Source: Candidatus Levybacteria bacterium RIFCSPHIGHO2_02_FULL_40_18
GTDB lineage: Bacteria > Patescibacteriota > Microgenomatia > Levybacterales > GWA1-39-11
Reading direction: 5' to 3'
Assembly: GCA_001782235.1 (NCBI GenBank)
Contig: MFOC01000003.1
Span: 47,851-111,850 of the forward strand
DNA: 64,000 bases
Under the pieces are notes generated by a model that was not told the DNA's origin, ran no database searches, and worked only from the letters and a program-made list of their open reading frames with translations. Each line of letters begins with the position of its first letter. Positions within the stretch are counted from its first letter, which is position 1. Both the position numbers and the translations under genes were made by a program. This document shows, piece after piece, positions 1 to 9,084 of this stretch.

Positions 1-685
1 CTCTCAAATAAATCTGGCACTTGCAAATTCGCTGGCACAGGGCATACAACAGGGATCTTCCCCTTCCGCTGAGGTCCAAAGAAATATAACCGCCCTCCTT
101 CAGCAAAGCATAAACTCCGGTCGCAATGCCGTCATTCTTGCCCCCGTAACATCATTAAACTGGCAAAACCTTTCGCAAATCTATAGGTCTTTAATAAATG
201 TAGGTCAGAATGCCGAGCAGTTTGCAATAGCATCTATGAATCAAGCGATTGCTCTTGATCCTTATAATCCTATTCTTCGTGTTCAGCTGGGTGGAATTTT
301 CTATCAACTGGGAAAATTTGATAACGCTCAAAACCAGTTTCGGGTAGCAATAAACTTAAAGCGTGACTTTGCAAATGCATATTATAACCTGGGCCATGCT
401 CTTGAACAGATGGGCGATCTTCAAAGTGCGCTTGAAGCTTATCAGGTAGTAAAACAGCTGTCGCGGGATAACAAACAGAATCTTGAGAGGATTGAAGAAG
501 AAATAAAAACTCTGGAAGCAAAAATTGGTGAAACGGTAAAAGAGGCGGGAGAAATAAGTCCTGAAACAGAACAAACGCCGCTCTCAATCTCAACACCATC
601 GGCAAACCTGCCTCCTCAGAAGCCGCCCATTAAAATCTCTCCGCCGCCCGGAGAGCAATCTGCATCTCCTTCAGCTTCCGACTAG
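1..685 (+). CDS. TPR-repeat protein, 5' partial. The reading frame is open from position 2, so the gene starts upstream of the window.
   Basis: TPR-like helical repeats (AYYNLGHALEQMGDLQSALEAYQ). There is no in-frame stop between nt 2 and the listed ATG at 236. The C-terminal tail is Pro/Ser-rich. Confidence 0.55.
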   Translation, partial: SQINLALANSLAQGIQQGSSPSAEVQRNITALLQQSINSGRNAVILAPVTSLNWQNLSQIYRSLINVGQNAEQFAIASMNQAIALDPYNPILRVQLGGIFYQLGKFDNAQNQFRVAINLKRDFANAYYNLGHALEQMGDLQSALEAYQVVKQLSRDNKQNLERIEEEIKTLEAKIGETVKEAGEISPETEQTPLSISTPSANLPPQKPPIKISPPPGEQSASPSASD

Positions 686-735
686 AATTGACTTCCAGAT
701 ATGATTTCTGTTAAGCTAGTAGCTCTTTCTTTTTT

Positions 736-1872
736 ATGAAGAAATTCATTATCTTGGCCTCCTCTTTTGTTAAAATGGTTTCTGATCTTTCCTCTTATCG
801 CTTTTTAGCAGAAGAAGCAAGAGGTTTCGCAAGATTCGTTAACATATATGGCAAAGATAAAATCTTGATCTTCTCTGAAAACTTTGAAGGAGCAAAATCA
901 GCACTTGTAAAAAGCATTCTGATTAAACGGGGCAGAAGAAATAGAATGTTTCTACATCTTTCTGCGATGACTCTTTTGACTTTGGGCGTACTTGTTTCAC
1001 CCTTTATACAAGATGTTAATCTATTTGGTAAAAACCCAAGCCTTACCTTTGCCCAAAGTGAGAATGAATCTCTTATCACAACCCCTGACGTATTTGACAC
1101 AAAGTTATCGGAAAAGCCGCGCGATACAATAATTATCTATACTGTCCAAAATGGGGATACTCTTTCGGGAGTTGCTAAAAGATTTGGAATTGATGAGGAT
1201 ACAATCAAATGGCAAAATAATTTGCAGTCTGATTATATAAACGTCGGAGATCAACTTGAGATTTTGCCTGTCTCAGGTGTTGCACACAAAGTCGCTCGAG
1301 GAGATACGGTTTATACCATCGCAAAAAGGTACACTGCAAATGCCCAAGCCATAGCTGATTTTCCCTTCAATGATTTTGCAAATCCGCAGACCTTCTCGCT
1401 TGTTGAGGGTCAAATCTTAATAGTCCCTGACGGAGTGCCGCCCAAAGAAACGCCAAGAATCGTTAGAAGACAATTCTTTGCTGCTGGTCCGGTTGAGGTT
1501 GGAGCATCAGGATTTACCTGGCCGGCACGAGGAACAATCAATCAAGGATATTCGTGGTATCACAAGGGAATTGACATAGGCGGAGATATTGGAACACCTA
1601 TTGTCGCTGGACAATCAGGGCGAGTCTCAGAGGTCTACACTAGCGGCTGGAACGGAGGGTATGGAATACACGTTATAATAGCCGGCGACAATGGATATTC
1701 AACTCTATACTCACATATGTCAGGGGTAAATGTCTCGCCGGGTGATAGAGTTGAAGCCGGGAGAAGTCTTATTGGATGGATAGGACTAACAGGTAGAACC
1801 ACGGGGCCTCATGTTCACTTTGAAATTAGAGGACCCGCAGGATTCCTAAATCCCCTTGCAATCATGCAATAG
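736..1872 (+). CDS. LysM-domain M23 family metallopeptidase (peptidoglycan hydrolase)
   Basis: Two LysM motifs (YTVQNGDTLSGVAKRFGI, HKVARGDTVYTIAKRY). The C-terminal M23 signature reads GIDIGGDIGTPIVAGQSG...GYGIHVII...LYSHMSGVNVSPGDRVEAG...TGPHVHFEIR. There is an N-terminal TM segment. Confidence 0.8.
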   Translation: MKKFIILASSFVKMVSDLSSYRFLAEEARGFARFVNIYGKDKILIFSENFEGAKSALVKSILIKRGRRNRMFLHLSAMTLLTLGVLVSPFIQDVNLFGKNPSLTFAQSENESLITTPDVFDTKLSEKPRDTIIIYTVQNGDTLSGVAKRFGIDEDTIKWQNNLQSDYINVGDQLEILPVSGVAHKVARGDTVYTIAKRYTANAQAIADFPFNDFANPQTFSLVEGQILIVPDGVPPKETPRIVRRQFFAAGPVEVGASGFTWPARGTINQGYSWYHKGIDIGGDIGTPIVAGQSGRVSEVYTSGWNGGYGIHVIIAGDNGYSTLYSHMSGVNVSPGDRVEAGRSLIGWIGLTGRTTGPHVHFEIRGPAGFLNPLAIMQ

Positions 1873-2023
1873 CCTCTAGAAATCCTAAATTCTAAGCACT
1901 AAACCCTAAACAAATTACAAATGACGATGATTCAAATCCTAAACGTTTGGGACATTGAAGTTTGGAACATTGAATATTGTTTAGAATTTAGATATTAGAT
2001 ATTAGATATTAGAATTTGAAGAC

Positions 2024-3376
2024 TTATTCTCCTTTACCTAGTAAGGCAAGGAATGCTTTGTTGTCTTCTGTTTTTGAGAGACGCTCAATTAGGACTTCTG
2101 TTCTCTCGTCCGGCCCTAAAACATCTATCATCCGGCGAAGCGTTGTAACTTTTTGCAATGTTTCGCTGGGGAGAATCAGCTCTTCTGCCCGAGTTCCCGA
2201 TCGCTCAACATTAATGGCCGGGAAAATTCGTCTTTCGGCAAGTTTGCGGTCCAAATGAACCTCCATGTTGCCTGTCCCTTTAAATTCTTCAAAAATGAGG
2301 TCGTCCATTCTCGAGCCGGTATCGACAAGTGCCGTACCTATAATAGTAAGCGAGCCTCCTTCTTCACAGTTTCTGGCCGCGCCAAAGAAGCGTTTGGCAG
2401 GGTAAAGCGCTGCCGGATCAAAGCCTCCGGTCAAAGTCCGGCCTGACGGATCAATTGACAAATTATAGGCGCGCGCCAAGCGCGTGATTGAGTCAAGAAG
2501 AATAATAACATCGCGGCCCTGTTCAACCAATCGTTTTGCTCGATCCATGGCTATTTCTGCCACACGGGTTTGGGTCTCGGGGGATTCATCAAAGTTTGAA
2601 GCCGCAACCTCCCCTTTAACGCTTCTTGAAATATCGGTCACCTCTTCCGGTCTCTCGCCTATTAAAACTGCCATCAAATGGACGTCAGGATAGTTCTCAG
2701 ATATTCCTGCCGCAATTTCTTTAAGAATTGTTGTTTTTCCGGCTTTAGGCGGTGAAACAACCATTCCTCGCTGGCCAAAGCCAATTGGGGAAACGATATC
2801 AATTATTCGAGTTGATAAGGGAATCTTCCCGGTGGAAAGCTGGACCTGCTTTTTAGGATAAATAGGTGTCACGTCATCAAAGTGAAGCCGCTTCAAAGAA
2901 GCTTCAGGATCTATCCCGTTAACATGCTCTATCTTAAGCAAGCCAAAGTAGCGCTCATTATCTTTTGGAGGACGCCCTACCCCCTCAACCAAATCTCCCG
3001 GTCGGAGCCAAAATCTCCTAATTTGAGAGGCTGAGATATAAATATCGCGCTCCGAAGCCCTGAATTTTGGCCGCAAAAAACCATGCCCTTCATGCTGAAT
3101 GTCAAGGATGCCTGAGACTGGAACCGTACCCTCTTCTTGAGGGGTGAATTCCCGATCTCTTGAGTATCTCCCTCTTGGTTGGTATGAACTTTCTGATTCC
3201 TCAGCTTGCCCCTCGGATCCTTGGCTAAGAGCGGTGTCCTCAGTAGGCTTCTCTGCGATCTCAGTAGTTACAGGCTCCGGCGAACTAACCATAGGTTCCG
3301 GGGAGGGAATTTCACTGACAAGTGTTTCTTCTGGTTTTAAGACTTTAGGTTTACGAACAACTTTCTTTGTAGGCAT
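2024..3376 (-). CDS. rho: Transcription termination factor Rho with a low-complexity acidic/Pro-rich N-terminal extension
   Basis: Walker [14 protein letters not shown], a Q/R-loop region and a C-terminal [14 protein letters not shown]. An OB-fold segment ([14 protein letters not shown]) is present. The first ~110 aa are disordered ([21 protein letters not shown]...). Confidence 0.85.
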   Translation of the reverse strand: MPTKKVVRKPKVLKPEETLVSEIPSPEPMVSSPEPVTTEIAEKPTEDTALSQGSEGQAEESESSYQPRGRYSRDREFTPQEEGTVPVSGILDIQHEGHGFLRPKFRASERDIYISASQIRRFWLRPGDLVEGVGRPPKDNERYFGLLKIEHVNGIDPEASLKRLHFDDVTPIYPKKQVQLSTGKIPLSTRIIDIVSPIGFGQRGMVVSPPKAGKTTILKEIAAGISENYPDVHLMAVLIGERPEEVTDISRSVKGEVAASNFDESPETQTRVAEIAMDRAKRLVEQGRDVIILLDSITRLARAYNLSIDPSGRTLTGGFDPAALYPAKRFFGAARNCEEGGSLTIIGTALVDTGSRMDDLIFEEFKGTGNMEVHLDRKLAERRIFPAINVERSGTRAEELILPSETLQKVTTLRRMIDVLGPDERTEVLIERLSKTEDNKAFLALLGKGE

Positions 3377-3558
3377 AAGTTAGACTTAAGATATTAAGAT
3401 GTAAGATTTAAGATGTAAAACTCAATAGATTCGATAGAATAGAACTAAAAAACTGCGTTTCTTGGAATTGCTTCGGAGGAAAACCTTTTGAAGCAAGTGT
3501 ATTTAATCATGTTTTCAAATCGTTGTCAAGGGCTGGCTTCGCGGGCCCGCATACCCTC

Positions 3559-4032
3559 TCAAAAGATTACAAAGAGTATCAAATAGAGCCATATCAAGGC
3601 TAGAATTTGGGTTATTATGCCCCAAGGCTTGTCAAGCTTGACATTGAGCCTGTGTTGGATTTCATACATGAAAGAAGACCCGGGGAAATCCTTCCCGAAC
3701 ATCCATGAGGGAGCGGTAAGCCAGTCGGGAGCCTGAGCCGCAATAATACACAAGAAAACGAAAGGATAGTTCGCAAGAGCCATAGGCGGCCCTTTCTGCA
3801 AGATTAGACTATATAATATGTAAGACAGGATAAAACCCACCAAAACATCTATTATTGCTTCCCGCCTCAGCCTTTCCTTTGTCTTTTTTCTCCAATGGGT
3901 TCCAGAATCCCAGTGAGGAACAACGTCCGCGACAAAATGTGAGACAAAGGAAGCACCTACGGCCAGAAGAGGATTTCCTGAAAACTTGGCTGCCATCATT
4001 GTACCTATCAAGGCATGAGAAGTAGCCGTCAT
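3559..4032 (-). CDS. Small polytopic membrane protein, possibly a DUF457/YdjM-like membrane-bound metal-dependent hydrolase
   Basis: Several TM helices. His/Asp-rich motif HFVADVVPHWDSGTH. This is a weak family guess. Confidence 0.3.
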   Translation of the reverse strand: MTATSHALIGTMMAAKFSGNPLLAVGASFVSHFVADVVPHWDSGTHWRKKTKERLRREAIIDVLVGFILSYILYSLILQKGPPMALANYPFVFLCIIAAQAPDWLTAPSWMFGKDFPGSSFMYEIQHRLNVKLDKPWGIITQILALIWLYLILFVIF

Positions 4033-4147
4033 ACGTATATGATACCATCAGGACTCAAAAATAGCTAAATCCGGCTTCTGACAGTTTGTTTACTATGGGC
4101 TTGACAAACAAAGAAGGTTATGTTAGAATCCCAAAATCTATTTAAAC

Positions 4148-4837
4148 ATGAGAAAAATTACATCTTTATTTCTATCTTTTATGGCTGTCGCAATTGCGGC
4201 AACCGCAGTTTTTGCTGCCGGTGAATCCAATTGTCAAATAGTTTACGGTGGTGGAGAAGTTTGTCCCCCAAAACAAGTTAAATTCACTATTAATAAGACA
4301 GTTCAAAAGCCCGGAAAAGGTGGCGGAGATTTTGTCGAAAATCTCACTATTAATGATCCGAGATTTGCTCCCGATCAAAATGTAAACTTCAAGATCATAA
4401 TAGAAAACACTGGTGATACTGACGTTTCAAACCTCAATGTAGTTGATTCATTCCCGGAATTCTTATCTTTTGTTGCAGGCGTAGGAAACTCAAACGTTGG
4501 CGCAAAACAAATTAATTTCATTATCGGAACTCTTAAAAAGGGTGAGAAAATGGAATTTGTTATTACTGCAAAAACCGCAGAGGGAGACAAATTGCCTGCA
4601 AACCAAGCTATAACCTGCGTGACAAATAACGTGAAGGCAATGGCCCCTGATGGAGTTACAGCGCAGGACAATGCTCAAGTCTGTATCGAAAAACAAGTGC
4701 TTGGAGCGGAGACTCCTAAAATCTTTGAAAAACCAAAAATAAAAGAACTTCCCCCAACAGGTCCTGAGTTAGGGCTTTTGGCCGCCCTAATTCCAACCGG
4801 ACTTGCTGGAATTTATCTAAGAAGAAAAGCAAAATAA
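4148..4837 (+). CDS. Secreted DUF11 (conserved repeat domain) surface protein with an LPXTG-type cell-wall sorting signal
   Basis: N-terminal signal peptide. A DUF11-like segment (NFKIIIENTGDTDVSNLNVVDSFPEFLSFVAG). The C-terminus has LPPTG, then a hydrophobic stretch, then RRKAK. Confidence 0.6.
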   Translation: MRKITSLFLSFMAVAIAATAVFAAGESNCQIVYGGGEVCPPKQVKFTINKTVQKPGKGGGDFVENLTINDPRFAPDQNVNFKIIIENTGDTDVSNLNVVDSFPEFLSFVAGVGNSNVGAKQINFIIGTLKKGEKMEFVITAKTAEGDKLPANQAITCVTNNVKAMAPDGVTAQDNAQVCIEKQVLGAETPKIFEKPKIKELPPTGPELGLLAALIPTGLAGIYLRRKAK

Positions 4838-5356
4838 TCCGCCAGCCGGCGGACTGCAATTAAGGCAGGAGAAAGCAGTTTCAGACTATTAATTGGCACG
4901 CCCCCAAACAACCTCTAACCCCGTCGAAACAATCCTGAAACTACTCTCCCCGGTCTTAAACCCGCGAATCCCTGAGTTTTGCGAAAGGCAAGCGCGGGAC
5001 CTTTAAAATCGGCATTCTAATTTAAGCTAGCAATTAGAACATGGCTTTAAAAAGCTAAAAGCCAAACGCTGAGAGCTAAAAGCTAAATTAGTTGTTCTTT
5101 GACAAAAGGTATACAGAAGGATGCACCTGAAGATGAACCGAATGGTTCGTCTCAAATGGTGCGTCCCTAATAGGCAACTATCTATTCACGTAGCTAGCTT
5201 TTTAAATTATAGCGAAGATTAGATAGTCTATTTTTTAAAATTAAATCTCCTTACATTCTAGATGTCGGATTCAGCGTACCATGAGTTGAAACTGCGCATG
5301 GTGCGCGGTGTCCGGCATTTAGAGAAACAAAAAGAAAGAAGGAGAAAAGGAGACAA

Positions 5357-5548
5357 ATGAATAATCCCATGAAGGGTTTCCCAAACGAGCTTGAAAGGTT
5401 ATGGGCGAAAAAAGCAATTGAAATCCTGCGAACAGCCGCGCTGTACTTGGTTGTCGCATTGGTTGCAATTGTGATTTTCATCCCAACACTGCTCTATTCC
5501 ATAAAGGAGGTTCTCACCGACCGCAAAAAGCGTAAGAAACGCACCTAG
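5357..5548 (+). CDS. Small single-TM membrane protein with a basic C-terminus (hypothetical)
   Basis: Good RBS (aaggagaaaaggagacaa ATG). A central hydrophobic helix. It lies inside the high-GC island. Confidence 0.3.
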   Translation: MNNPMKGFPNELERLWAKKAIEILRTAALYLVVALVAIVIFIPTLLYSIKEVLTDRKKRKKRT

Positions 5549-5585
5549 ACTTCGGCAAAAACCGAAGAGAAAGACGGAGGAAATC

Positions 5586-5867
5586 GTGACAATACAGGAA
5601 GATTTGGAGAAGGCAATCGAGAGCGCTAAAAATGCACTTGATGCCTGCAAGGTACAGGGAAAGGAGGGAACCGCTTCTTCTCTCGCCGTGATCATAAGCG
5701 AACTTGAGAAAGTCCGCGACCACGTGACAGAGACAGAGCATTATTTCTCCCTACCCCACGAGAACCCGATATGCTCAAGGCATGGAGAGGTAGACCTTAA
5801 CCATCGCTGCAACGTGTTTGTCGGCATGGTTTTTGACTACCTAAGCTACCGCGAGCGGTTCGGATAG
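5586..5867 (+). CDS. Hypothetical protein (93 aa)
   Basis: ORF with an upstream GGAGG. No recognisable domain. It lies inside the high-GC island. Confidence 0.25.
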   Translation: MTIQEDLEKAIESAKNALDACKVQGKEGTASSLAVIISELEKVRDHVTETEHYFSLPHENPICSRHGEVDLNHRCNVFVGMVFDYLSYRERFG

Positions 5868-6046
5868 CCTTTCGGCAAAAACCCAAACGACATCGCAATA
5901 ACTAGCCTTCCCGTAAGGGATTGTAAGTCCGCCGACGCTCTTTGAGCTTTGGCGAGACAAAGGGGGTGGTTATCAAGCCATAAAGCCATCGGCAAGCGAG
6001 GCAGAAATGCCTTGGACCTCAAGCGAACGCGCGTGAGGAAAACCCC

Positions 6047-6484
6047 GTGGAAAGGAAAGGAATGAATCGTTTCAGAAACATCATGGGAGTCGTACTGCTG
6101 CTTTTGGCACTTGCCGCGTTCACGTCTTTCAACAGCGCTGACGTGTCGGCAGGCGGCGGATATCACCATCCAAAGCCATCACCGACGGCAACCAAAACGC
6201 CTAAGGCGACTAAGACACCAACGCAGACATTCACACCGACGGCAACGAATACGCCGGCACCGACGAACACACCGACGCCTACGGCGACGGCTACTCGAAC
6301 ACCGACTGCCACTGCCACAAGGCCACCGCGGGCGAAAGCGACTTCAACGTCGACACCACTTCCCCCGACGGCGACAACTGTGGTGCCGCCTGCTGTCACA
6401 CCAACCCCGCAGGGGCCGCCTGCTCTATTCGGGGGGCCGCCTCCAACAGGGGACGCAGGTCTGGCAGCAACAAGAGGCGACTAA
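6047..6484 (+). CDS. Secreted Thr/Pro-repeat (PT-rich) protein
   Basis: Signal peptide ([14 protein letters not shown]) followed by [32 protein letters not shown] repeats. The alternate-frame Arg-rich ORF 6111..6620 is treated as a frame artefact. Confidence 0.45.
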   Translation: MERKGMNRFRNIMGVVLLLLALAAFTSFNSADVSAGGGYHHPKPSPTATKTPKATKTPTQTFTPTATNTPAPTNTPTPTATATRTPTATATRPPRAKATSTSTPLPPTATTVVPPAVTPTPQGPPALFGGPPPTGDAGLAATRGD

Positions 6485-6500
6485 CAAGGAGGAAGCTAAC

Positions 6501-6620
6501 ATGCTTCGAAGGTTGTTCCGCAAGACAAGCGAGCTCGGCCAAACGTTGGTGGAGTACGCCCTCATCATAGCACTGCTCGTGATCGCGGTATTAGCCTTCT
6601 ACCTCACGGACAGGGAATGA
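6501..6620 (+). CDS. flp: Flp/Fap family type IVb pilin (39 aa prepilin)
   Basis: ATG at 6501 is preceded by AAGGAGG (6486-6492). The sequence MLRRLFRKTSELG|QTLVEYALIIALLVIAVLAF matches the Flp motif G-x4-EY plus a hydrophobic helix (class III signal). Confidence 0.6.
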   Translation: MLRRLFRKTSELGQTLVEYALIIALLVIAVLAFYLTDRE

Positions 6621-6660
6621 ACCGTCCCGGGGGGCCATCGACTACTGGAAACTGGCACGG

Positions 6661-6849
6661 ATGCCTTCTACCCTTCAGGATACGCCTGAGGTGCAAACCC
6701 GCAAGGAGGCGGAATTGTCCCACAAACCAAAGCGGCAGCGACCCAAGCGTTCAAAAGACGTAAGGCTTCGTCGCCGTCTGGTGAAAATCAACGGTAACAA
6801 CGGTTCCGAAAAGCGGCGAACCAAGAAAGGCGGCAGACAAGGCGGATAA
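6661..6849 (+). CDS. Very basic Arg/Lys-rich small protein (hypothetical)
   Basis: KPKRQRPKRSKDVRLRRRLVK...KRRTKKGGRQGG. No recognisable family. Coding status is uncertain. Confidence 0.2.
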   Translation: MPSTLQDTPEVQTRKEAELSHKPKRQRPKRSKDVRLRRRLVKINGNNGSEKRRTKKGGRQGG

Positions 6850-7519
6850 GCACCGTAAGATAAACAAACCCTGCCGACATCATGAAACCGAGCGACGAAG
6901 ATTTTCTTTTGACTCTTCCACGAAGAGCAGTAAAGGAGGTACTAAAACTACTCAAAACGCGGCAAGAGCAACGGCGCCAACCTCATACGAACGGTAAGAC
7001 AGCGAAGGAGAAGGAATGGCCTAAAAGACACATTAGTTCCCGATAGCACTGGAAACCCCCGCCATGGAAAAAACCACGAAAACACTGTCTGAATGGTGGA
7101 TGGAAGCCGGTAGATACCGGAGGCTCTTCATCTTCAGGCAGAATATCCACTCCAATAAGCAAGAAGGAGGCAACGGTGCAAGGAAAAGGCCGAAACCACG
7201 GAAGAAGCAAGATCTCGATCAAAAGAGGTCTGGCTAAGACTCGCTACCCTCAGCGCTCTGGAAAACACCAAGCTGAGGCACGAGCCTTACGTGAAGGTCA
7301 CCCAAGCACCCCCTCGGGGAGGACGAATGGCAAAAAGACCGTTCAACGCAACGGGCGGCAAGCGCAAAGCCCGAAAGCCCCCGCCCCCGTGGCACCGTAA
7401 GTCCAAGAGACATCGGAAACGCCACGCGCGCGATCATGGGAACTTCGGGAACGTTCCGAGGAGAAGCCAGCTGTGATAACCATCGATACATAGTTTCATA
7501 GCGCACGGTAAGTGAATCC

Positions 7520-8590
7520 GTGGCAAAAAACGGCAAGTCAAAATCTTCAGAAAGGAAACGCAAAATGCCTGAAGAAACCGGAAATAGGAGTGGCACGCGA
7601 AGGCGAGCTGCTCGAACCACTCAGGCCCCGGCGCCGGCAGCGCCACCAGCCAACGGAGGGCAACCTCCAGCGGCACAGCCTCAAGAGGGAGGAAACATGC
7701 AACGCAGTCTGTTGTGGATACTTGTCATCCTCGCTGCAGTAGCGCTGGCGCTTGCTGCTTTCGCGGTAGGCCTGACCTTGGGTGACAAGGACGACTCGGA
7801 CGGCAGCTCGGCTACAGCCAGCAGTTCGTCAAGCTTAAGCTCCGCACCCGGCACCACCGGCGGCGGCGCCAGCAGCAACAACTCCGCTGACAACGGTCAG
7901 TCAGGCAAGAACGAATCGGAGTCCACGTCAACGGGAAGCTTTCCGACTCTCCCGAGCGATAAGTCCCACGGCGCGTGGAAGATCAAGACCGTAGCCGGCC
8001 TTGAAACATCCGGTGACCGTGTAGTCGCCGAATGGCTTGCGCGTCTGAAGGACCCGGCACCGAGGCTCTGGAAAACGTATCCCAACGTCCCCAACCCGGA
8101 TGTCGCGGACTTCAATGTAGCAGCAGGTGCCGAGTACGGTGTCGCCAACGTCCCGTTCTGTCAGCAGGACACGCGGTGCGACTTCGTGGTACCCGCATGG
8201 CACTACCGCCTGATTACCGCGGACTATGAGTTCCTCGGTCACAAGTGCGGAGGTAAGGGCAACGGATGCCTGCTCCTGCTCATCAACGTGATGGACAAGT
8301 CCTACACGTGGCGCAACCAGATCGCCGACAACGGCTTTTCGGTTCCGGGCAGGTACTGGGACGGTGACAAGCTCGAGTGGGCAGTTTGGGGCCTGGTCAG
8401 CCATGCGAGCGCTAACATGCTCAACTTGCCGACTACTGGCCTCGTGGGTCAGGTACTTAACGCTGGCACGCCCGGCAATGCAGGCGCTAACTGCGGCAAC
8501 GTCAACGGCTGCGGAAGCGTCGAGGTCATGGTCGTGGTGCACGCCGGCGATCGGATCCTGGCCACTGCCGAAACCACCGTTTCGCGGTAA
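7520..8590 (+). CDS. Membrane-anchored exported protein with a Ser-rich linker and a Cys-containing C-terminal domain (hypothetical). The true start may be the internal Met near 7697.
   Basis: Basic N-terminal tail, then TM LLWILVILAAVALALAAFAVGL, a Ser/Gly-rich low-complexity stretch, and a C-terminal globular region with several Cys. Confidence 0.35.
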   Translation: MAKNGKSKSSERKRKMPEETGNRSGTRRRAARTTQAPAPAAPPANGGQPPAAQPQEGGNMQRSLLWILVILAAVALALAAFAVGLTLGDKDDSDGSSATASSSSSLSSAPGTTGGGASSNNSADNGQSGKNESESTSTGSFPTLPSDKSHGAWKIKTVAGLETSGDRVVAEWLARLKDPAPRLWKTYPNVPNPDVADFNVAAGAEYGVANVPFCQQDTRCDFVVPAWHYRLITADYEFLGHKCGGKGNGCLLLLINVMDKSYTWRNQIADNGFSVPGRYWDGDKLEWAVWGLVSHASANMLNLPTTGLVGQVLNAGTPGNAGANCGNVNGCGSVEVMVVVHAGDRILATAETTVSR

Positions 8591-8956
8591 ACGTCGTGAA
8601 CCTCGCCAAGCTACTCTCGATCATTCGAGGAGACCTGATCGAGGAGTGGATCGAAAGGCAGCAGCAGAAACTTGCGGCTCGAGGTCTTGACTGGCTTCCG
8701 AAGGCTGCCTTGGTGATAGTCACCCTGGCAATACTCGTGGCCATAGTCGCCTACGGCGCAAGTCTGCGGCCTTAGGTCTCTCAAGCCTATTAGCCTGGGT
8801 CTGTCGTGATCGACGTCTAAAGCACGCATAATGCTTGTGTGAAATAAGATGATCGTAAACGATTAAGACTCGGAGGGAGTAAAGTTGCACGTGAATGTGA
8901 AAGTTCGTCATTCGACGATTCTGTTCGCTTCGCGCGAACAACTTTCACTCCACCTG

Positions 8957-9010
8957 TATACCTTTACTCTAAAGCTTATAAGGCAATTCCTTATCGGCTT
9001 TAGAGTAAAT
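8957..9010. terminator. Nested inverted repeats (tttactctaaagc ... gctttagagtaaa) at the right edge of the high-GC island. Probable terminator or structured element.
   Basis: A 13-bp perfect inverted repeat with a loop that is itself palindromic (cttataagg/ccttatcg). An upstream arm gtgaaagttcg...cgaacaactttcac lies at 8900-8950. Confidence 0.35.
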
Positions 9011-9084
9011 AGCTAAATAGCTGAACGGCTACATGGTTTTAAAAACTATGCAACCATTTTAACTATTCTAACCATTTAACTTTT

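Larger units (their letters stand above)
4840..8950. other. High-GC compositional island (about 55-62% GC against about 37% in the flanks). All genes are on the + strand and encode small exported or basic proteins.
   Basis: Base composition shifts abruptly after the stop of the LPXTG gene and returns near 8.95 kb. The island contains a PT-repeat protein, an Flp pilin and Arg/Lys-rich ORFs. It is bounded on the left by the palindrome tccgccagccggcgga (4841-4858) and on the right by nested hairpins at 8880-9010. Confidence 0.5.

Noticed and set aside
4860-5250. tmRNA or tRNA gene at the island boundary (a possible integration site)
   Set aside because: No tag-peptide reading frame, no GGTTCGAATCC-type T-arm and no acceptor/CCA end could be found by eye. 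Kept only as a generic possible ncRNA.
6111-6620. 169-aa extremely Arg-rich ORF ([28 protein letters not shown]…)
   Set aside because: It is the +1 frame of the Thr/Pro-repeat gene, where ACN/CCN codons read as CGN in the shifted frame. Only its last 39 codons, the Flp pilin, have their own RBS and a recognisable family.
7176-7476. Two overlapping highly basic ORFs (7176-7400 and 7291-7476) in the high-GC island
   Set aside because: They are mutually exclusive, have no domain similarity I can recognise, and occupy alternative frames of GC-rich DNA where long ORFs arise easily. Left unannotated.
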